Assembly: GCA_963736115.1 (NCBI GenBank)
Contig: CAVTNR010000008.1
Location: forward strand, 64,001 to 128,000
Reading direction: 5' to 3'
Length of the DNA: 64,000 nt
DNA from: an uncultured bacterium
Lineage (GTDB): Bacteria; Zhuqueibacterota; QNDG01; DTFT01
In this document: positions 58,365-64,000 of the stretch, piece by piece
Layout: each line of letters opens with the position of its first letter
How positions within the stretch are numbered: the stretch's first letter is position 1
Notes under the pieces: model-generated
What the model was told of the DNA's origin: nothing
The model's input: the letters and a program-made list of their open reading frames with translations, nothing else
Databases searched by the model: none
Program-made: the position numbers and the translations under genes

Positions 58365-59429
58365 TCACTGGCCGAGTTTTTTCTTGAGAAAATTGATGTT
58401 CTCGATCTCCGTCGGGTCCGCGCCGTTCAGCACCGCCAGGTACAGGCTGACCACGTCGCCGAGATGCACGAGGTAGAGCAGGCGTTCGAAGGCCGTCGCG
58501 CCTTTGGCCTGCGCCTCGAACGCCTTGCCCCGGTTCTTCTCCACCAGGCCGCGGATGACGTTCATTCTCAGCTTGACGCGCGGGTGCTCGTCCGGCGAGC
58601 GCAGCAGCACCGCGGCCAGCGCGCCGTAATACGGTTTCGTGGCGGCCAGCCGCTTCCATCCCACGATCTCGTTATGGCACATCTCGGGGACGGCCAGGAC
58701 GGCCGCGTGGATCTTGCTGTTCTCGTTAAACTGACATTTCCATCGGAAGCCGACGGATTCGAGCGACCCTTCGGCCGCGGAGATCAGCGGGAACCGGCCC
58801 TTGAGTTTTTTCGCCAACTGGGCCGCCGCGTTGCTTTTATTCTTCAGATCCGCCAGTTTCGCGCTTTCACGGGTCATGAACGCGGCCGCGCGGTTAAAGG
58901 CCTCTTTTGATACGGGGCTCACTCCGAACCCGTCGAAAATTTGGAGCAGGACTCCCAGGCTGAAGCCCAGGGCCGAACGCGGTGGGTATCCGGCCGGTAT
59001 GAGAACCCGGTCGAGATGTTTCGATTCCGCGATTTCCGCGATGCGGCCGCCGGAGGTGACGCACAGCACCCGGCAGCCCCGCCCGACGGCCTGCTCCGTC
59101 GCGGAGAGGGTCTCCTCTGTGTTGCCGGAATAGCTCGACGCGATGAACAGGGTTCCGCTGTCCGCGAAAGCGGGCAGGTCATAGCCCCGGTTCACGGTCA
59201 TCGGCACCCGCAGGCCCGCGCCCAGGACGGACTTGAGGATGTCGCCGGCAATGGCCGACCCGCCCATTCCGCTGAACACGATGTTCCGGATCGAGCCGAA
59301 ATCGATGGAAACGGGCGACGCCTCGGCGATGGCCCAGCCTTTTTTCAGCTGATCCGGGAATTCAAGGATCTTGGGAAACATGGAGGACCGATCGGCGGTC
59401 CGGATGGATTTGATGTTGAGGGTGGCCAT
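58365..59429 (-). CDS. Bifunctional phosphoglucose/phosphomannose isomerase
   Basis: [42 protein letters not shown]. Confidence 0.92.
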   Translation of the reverse strand: MATLNIKSIRTADRSSMFPKILEFPDQLKKGWAIAEASPVSIDFGSIRNIVFSGMGGSAIAGDILKSVLGAGLRVPMTVNRGYDLPAFADSGTLFIASSYSGNTEETLSATEQAVGRGCRVLCVTSGGRIAEIAESKHLDRVLIPAGYPPRSALGFSLGVLLQIFDGFGVSPVSKEAFNRAAAFMTRESAKLADLKNKSNAAAQLAKKLKGRFPLISAAEGSLESVGFRWKCQFNENSKIHAAVLAVPEMCHNEIVGWKRLAATKPYYGALAAVLLRSPDEHPRVKLRMNVIRGLVEKNRGKAFEAQAKGATAFERLLYLVHLGDVVSLYLAVLNGADPTEIENINFLKKKLGQ

Positions 59430-59693
59430 TCATTCCTCGTGAAATTTGTCGTTCAGGAGTTTCTCGATGGCGTCCAGGACCTCGGTCTCCTGGGGCCCCT
59501 TGGCGCGAAACGTGAGACTGCTGCCCTGTTCCGCGGCCAGCATCAGGACGCCCATGATGCTCTTGGCGTTGATCGAATTGCCGTTCTTGATGACCTGCAC
59601 CTCGGCGTCGAACCGGGAGGCGGTTTCCACCAGAAGGGCCGCCGGCCGCGCGTGCAGGCCGAGTTTGTTCTGTATCTTTAGTGTGCGTTCCAT
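59430..59693 (-). CDS. ptsH: PTS phosphocarrier HPr
   Basis: NKLGLHARPA (His15); NAKSIMGV (Ser46). Confidence 0.95.
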   Translation of the reverse strand: MERTLKIQNKLGLHARPAALLVETASRFDAEVQVIKNGNSINAKSIMGVLMLAAEQGSSLTFRAKGPQETEVLDAIEKLLNDKFHEE

Positions 59694-59758
59694 GTGGTCT
59701 TTCAAATTAATAAAACTTTCTATTTTAGCAAATCTTTTGAATAAAATCAAGAACAATG

Positions 59759-59787
59759 TTGACATTGAATGAATTTGTCAGTATATT
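59759..59787 (+). promoter_or_regulatory. Sigma70-type promoter for hppA
   Basis: TTGACA-N17-TATATT; a TGACA-N11-TGTCA palindrome overlaps it. Confidence 0.7.
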
Positions 59788-59881
59788 TATCGTCTAAATT
59801 TGTGTTTTCGGGCATACCCTAAGTCATTGGTATACCTGAAAATAGAATCCATCCCTTTCCACAAGGAGGTTTAATCCACCT

Positions 59882-62187
59882 ATGCTGCAAGGTCTGACCC
59901 CGTTTGAACAGGTGGCGATTCTGTGCGTTCTCGGCATCGCCATCCTGGGTCTGCTCTACGCGCTGATGCTGCGCAGGCAGATTCTCAAGGAAGACCGCGG
60001 ATCGGCTAAAATGATCGAAGTCTGGACCGCGATCCGCGACGGCGCCGACACCTATCTGAAGCGCCAGCTCAAGTCCATTCTGCCGCTGATCGGGATCCTG
60101 GTCGTGGCCCTCTTCCTCTCCGTGTACATCGTGCCCCCCTCCGCCGAGGCGATGGAACGCTTCGCCGGCCTGCCCGAGGAGACGGTCCGGCTGATCATCG
60201 GTTTCGCGCGGGCCGTGGCCTTCGTCATGGGCGCCGGCTTCTCCCTGATGGTCGGTCAGCTCGGCATGCGCATGGCCGTGCAGGCCAATGTGCGCGTGGC
60301 CGCCGCGCGCCCGCAAGTCGTTCGGCGACGCGCTGCGCATCGCCTACCGCGCCGGCACCGATCACCGGCATGCTGACCGACGGCCTGGGGCTGTTCGGCG
60401 GCACCATCGATCTTCATCGTACTCGGCATCGCCGCTCCCGACGCCCTGCTCGGCTTCGGCTTCGGCGGCACGCTGCTGGCGCTGTTCATGCGCGTGGGCG
60501 GCGGCATCTACACCAAGGCCGCCGACGTGGGCGCCGACCTGGTCGGCAAGGTCGAAGCGGGCATCCCGGAGGACGACCCGCGCAATCCGGCCGTCGTCGC
60601 CGACCTGGTCGGCGACAACGTCGGCGACTGCGCCGGCATGGCGGCCGACATCTTCGAATCCTACGAAGTGACCATCGTCTCCGGCCTGATCCTCGGCCTG
60701 GCGCTGTTCCACTGACCGGCCACATGGAATGGATCATCTTCCCGCTGCTCGTGCGCGGCATCGGCGTGCTCTCTCGATCATCGGCACGTACGTGGTGACG
60801 GGCGGACCGGGAAAGAGCGGCGACGCCATGACAGGCCATCTTCCGCGGCTTCTTCACGTCGGCCGCCATCTCGATCGCGCTGTTCGGCGCGCTGGCTTAC
60901 TTCTACATGTCCGGCATGCCCGGCGGCTGGTGGCGGCCCTTCGCGGCCGTCGCGATCGGCGTGATGCTGGCCATCGCTCATCGACCGGCTGACCGAGTAC
61001 TTCACCGGCACCCACAACGCGACCGGTCAACGAGATCCGGGATGCCACGAACACGGGTCCGGCCACGCTCATTCTGCACCGGCCTCGCCGTGGGTTTTGA
61101 ATCGACCGTCTGGTCGGTCCTCGTCATCGCCGCTCACCATCTTCGGCTCCATCCTGATCTTCGGAACCATGGATGGCTTCGTTCACCGAGACGGTCACGT
61201 ACATCCTGTACGGCGTGGCCATGACCGGCATCGGCATGCTGACCCTGACCGGCAACAACGTGGCCATGGACTCGTTCGGTCCCATCGCGGACAACGCGAA
61301 CGGCATCGGCGAGATGGCCTGGTCCGGCAAGAAGGACAAGTCGACCGTCGAGGCCCGCCAGATCATGGCCGACCTGGACGCGGTCGGCAACACAACCAAG
61401 GCCATCACCAAGGGCGTGGCCATCGGCTCCGCGGTCATCGCGGCCGTTTCTCTGTTCGGATCGTTCATGACCGACGTCTCGCAAGATCGGATCCCATGGC
61501 GCTCGCGATCGGCATCCGCGTGTCAGAGCCCATCGTGTTCGTGGGCATGCTCATCGGCGGGGCCCTGCCGTGGCTGTTCTCGTCGTTCTGCATTCAGGCG
61601 GTCAGCCGCGCGGCTTCGCTGATCGTCGAGGAAGTGCGGCGCCAGTTCAAGGCCGGCGTGCTGGAGGGCAAGGTGAAGCCCGATTACCGGGCCAGGCGGT
61701 CAAGATTTCCACCACCGCGGCGCAGAAGGAGCTCGTCAGTCTGGCCCTTCTCGGCGTCGTGACCCCGGTGGTCGTCGGCCTGGTGTTCAAGGTCGAGGCG
61801 CTGGGCGGGTTCCTCGCGGGCATCATCGTCTCCGGTCAGCTGCTGGCCGTGTTCATGTCGAACGCCGGCGGCGCCTGGGACAATGCCAAGAAAATGATCG
61901 AGGACGAACCCCGCGACCCGAAGAAGAACACCGGCAAGGGTTCCGAGCGCCACAAGGCGAGCGTGGTCGGCGACACGGTCGGCGATCCCCTGAAGGATAC
62001 GGCCGGACCGGCGCTGAACCCGATGATCAAGGTCGTGAACCTGGTGTCGCTGATCATCGCGCCCATCGTGGTCCAGTACCAGGAACTCGGCTGGGCCGGA
62101 TGGGTCGTCGTCGGCGTGCTGCTGGCCGGCCTGGTCTGGGCGATCGGAAACAGCAAGAAACCCGTGCCGTCTCTCGTGAAGAAGTAA
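59882..62187 (+). CDS. hppA: Membrane-bound ion-translocating pyrophosphatase, K+-independent signature; many indels 60310-61700
   Basis: [46 protein letters not shown] and [10 protein letters not shown] are all intact but spread across frames. Confidence 0.92.
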
Positions 62188-62221
62188 AAAAGCGGCATCC
62201 GGTTTTTCAGGACGTTTTCGA

Positions 62222-62257
62222 GGGCGGCCCCGTTTCTGGGGCCGCCCTTTGTTTTTC
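62222..62257 (+). terminator. Intrinsic terminator after hppA
   Basis: GGGCGGCCCC-GTTTCT-GGGGCCGCCC-TTTGTTTTT. Confidence 0.75.
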
Positions 62258-62271
62258 AGCGGGATTTTTCT

Positions 62272-62521
62272 ATCGGGCGGCCAGAAGCCTGGTCATTCTG
62301 GTTCCAGTTTTTCTGTATGATCGGAGATTGGGCTTCTGGCCGCTCCGACGGGTCTGATTCCCCGGCTTCGCCGGACCAAGCAATGAGATTTGCTCATTAT
62401 TGAAGGCCCGCCGCTTGCGGCGTCCATCATCCAAGTTTCTTGCGATACCCCGCTGCTTGTCTTCAATAATTCGTAAATAGAATAGCTTGATCCCGCGAAG
62501 CGGGCGGCGGAGTCCTTCATT
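62272..62521 (+). repeat. Composite palindromic element, copy 4; two micro-element inserts (62362-62406, 62460-62504)
   Basis: Near-identical to 36247-36542 apart from insert content. Confidence 0.88.
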
Positions 62522-62569
62522 ATTTCCCCTGTTCACCGCGCGGCATTATTTAAAAGGCCGGAGGATGAC

Positions 62570-62984
62570 ATGAAATCCCACACCGAGTATCTCTGGTTCC
62601 AGACGAAATCGAAGCGCGAGCTCGTTCGCATCACGGACGAGGTCGAGACCGCGGTGCTGAAATCCGGCGTCCGCGAGGGCATGGCGCTCGTGTCCGCGAT
62701 GCACATCACGGCCGGCGTGATCGTGAACGACGACGAGCCAGGAATCCAGACGGATTTTGACGCGTGGATCGAAGGGTCTCGCGCCGTTCCGGGAGGATTA
62801 CCGGCACCACCGCACCGGGGAGACGAACGGGGACGCGCACCTGAAAAGCATTCTCGCGCATCACCAGGTCATTGTCCCGATCACGGCCGGCAAGCTCGAC
62901 CTCGGCCCCTGGCAGCAGATCTTTTACGCGGAGTTCGACGGGAGGAGGAAAAAGCGGTTGGTCATCAAAATCATGGGGGAATAG
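62570..62984 (+). CDS. YjbQ/UPF0047 family protein (indel near 62775)
   Basis: MHITAGV..ND.E; [14 protein letters not shown]; [16 protein letters not shown]. Confidence 0.88.
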
Positions 62985-62988
62985 AAAC

Positions 62989-63097
62989 AGTTCATGGGGA
63001 AAAAGTTTATAGTTCATGGTTCATAGTTCATAGTTGAAAAGAACAAAGACTTATCATTATCCTCCGTCTTTTTCTATGAACTATGAACTATGGACTG
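62989..63097. repeat. Inverted pair of heptamer arrays (AGTTCAT)n...(ATGAACT)n
   Basis: Same organisation as 15121-15203. Confidence 0.85.
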
Positions 63098-63126
63098 TTT
63101 AAGCGATCAACTTCAAGCTCCAAACA

Positions 63127-63160
63127 AAAAAGCCTCCCGGCACCAGCCGGGAGGCTTTTT
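63127..63160. terminator. Bidirectional intrinsic terminator
   Basis: AAAAAGCCTCCCGGC-ACCA-GCCGGGAGGCTTTTT. Confidence 0.8.
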
Positions 63161-63186
63161 AAAAAAAATCCAAAATCAGAAACGGG

Positions 63187-64000
63187 CTACTTGCCCTCTT
63201 TCCTCAGGGCTTCCGCGGTCTTGAAGGCCGCGTCGCTCTTTGCCTTCATCTTCATGTTCCCGTACGCGGCGGCCAGGTTGGTCCAGGCCTGCGAATTGTC
63301 GGGCTTGACCTGGGTCGCCTTCTCCAGAAACGGGATGGCTTCGGTGTACTTCTTCAGCTGGAGATTGGCCGTCCCGACCATCATGTTCGCCTCGAAATCG
63401 TCGGGATTGGTGGCGATCACACGGGTGAAATACCCGAGCGCCTTCTCGTAATTGCTCTGCAGGATGTACAACCGGCCCATGTTGTAGAGCAGGTCGGTGT
63501 CGTTCGGGGACTGGTCCAGGGCCTTCTGGTAGGTGTCGATGGCCCTGTCATTCTTGCCCAGCAGGTCCCAGGAGAAAGCCGTGTAGGTCAGCGCGTCCTT
63601 GTATTCCTTGGAGGTCGGGAGCGCCTTGGCGAGCACGCGTTCCATGGCGGAGACGCATTTCTCGTACTGCTTGCCTCGGTAATACAGCAGGCCCAGCGAA
63701 GTCTGAATGTCCAGCTCGGTCGAATCGACCGTAAGGGCCTTCCGGTAGGTCTCGATCGCGAGGGAGTCCTTTTCCATCTGCATGTAGGTGTAGGCCAGGT
63801 TCTTGTAGGCGTCGGTCCGTTTCGGCAGGAGCTCAGAGGCCAGCTGGAACTGGGCCGCTGCATCGGGCAGTTTCCCTTCCTTGATACGGCCGACTCCGAG
63901 GTTGAAGATATCCGCGTAGTATTTGCCCCGGTAGCCCTCGATGTCCACGGCGTGCGCGGGATTGACGGCCAGGCTTTTGGTGAAGGCGTCATTCATTTCG
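63187..64000 (-). CDS. TPR protein (C-terminal part; start lies outside the window)
   Basis: Repeated A...Y.KAL...P and NLA/NMG TPR units. Confidence 0.88.
   Translation of the reverse strand, partial: EMNDAFTKSLAVNPAHAVDIEGYRGKYYADIFNLGVGRIKEGKLPDAAAQFQLASELLPKRTDAYKNLAYTYMQMEKDSLAIETYRKALTVDSTELDIQTSLGLLYYRGKQYEKCVSAMERVLAKALPTSKEYKDALTYTAFSWDLLGKNDRAIDTYQKALDQSPNDTDLLYNMGRLYILQSNYEKALGYFTRVIATNPDDFEANMMVGTANLQLKKYTEAIPFLEKATQVKPDNSQAWTNLAAAYGNMKMKAKSDAAFKTAEALRKEGK

Noticed and set aside
59882-62187. hppA as a pseudogene or programmed-frameshift gene
   Set aside because: Many single-base indels cluster in 60310-61700 while all catalytic motifs and codon bias are intact; this fits local consensus error. 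Read mapping would settle it.

Overview
GC-rich bacterial chromosomal segment with no rRNA, tRNA, CRISPR array, transposase or prophage gene visible. T9SS/Por-type C-terminal sorting domains, TonB/lipoprotein content and anaerobic metabolism suggest an FCB-group lineage such as KSB1 (inference only). Many genes are broken by single-base indels that cluster locally (hyfC/hyfB-like, CotH, phosphodiesterase, ArcE-like, hppA, yjbQ), most likely long-read consensus errors. Content: an Ehr/Hyf-like membrane complex led by an HTH-PTS EIIA gene; secreted CotH and phosphodiesterase proteins; sugar ABC genes; nikR with a divergent TonB receptor/ECF-S/methyltransferase unit; hsp20-lon; ALDH7; ArcE-like; ndk; malic enzyme; larA; ackA; galM; GH27; GH29; a TPR-CsgG/beta-barrel/PEGA cluster; ptsH-pgi/pmi-metK-ahcY; hppA. 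Two things stand out. (1) 8846-13427: a divergent ECF-like sigma factor, a zinc anti-sigma with an internal LAA motif, and an ATPase-less Lon Ser-Lys protease fused through one TM helix to an FG-GAP ectodomain. This looks like a CRISPR-independent, membrane-sensing analogue of CalpL-CalpT-CalpS. (2) A 43-48 bp micro-element, 12 copies here, inserted without an obvious target duplication into GC-rich hairpins, including into its own hairpin, with filled and empty sites both visible in the window.
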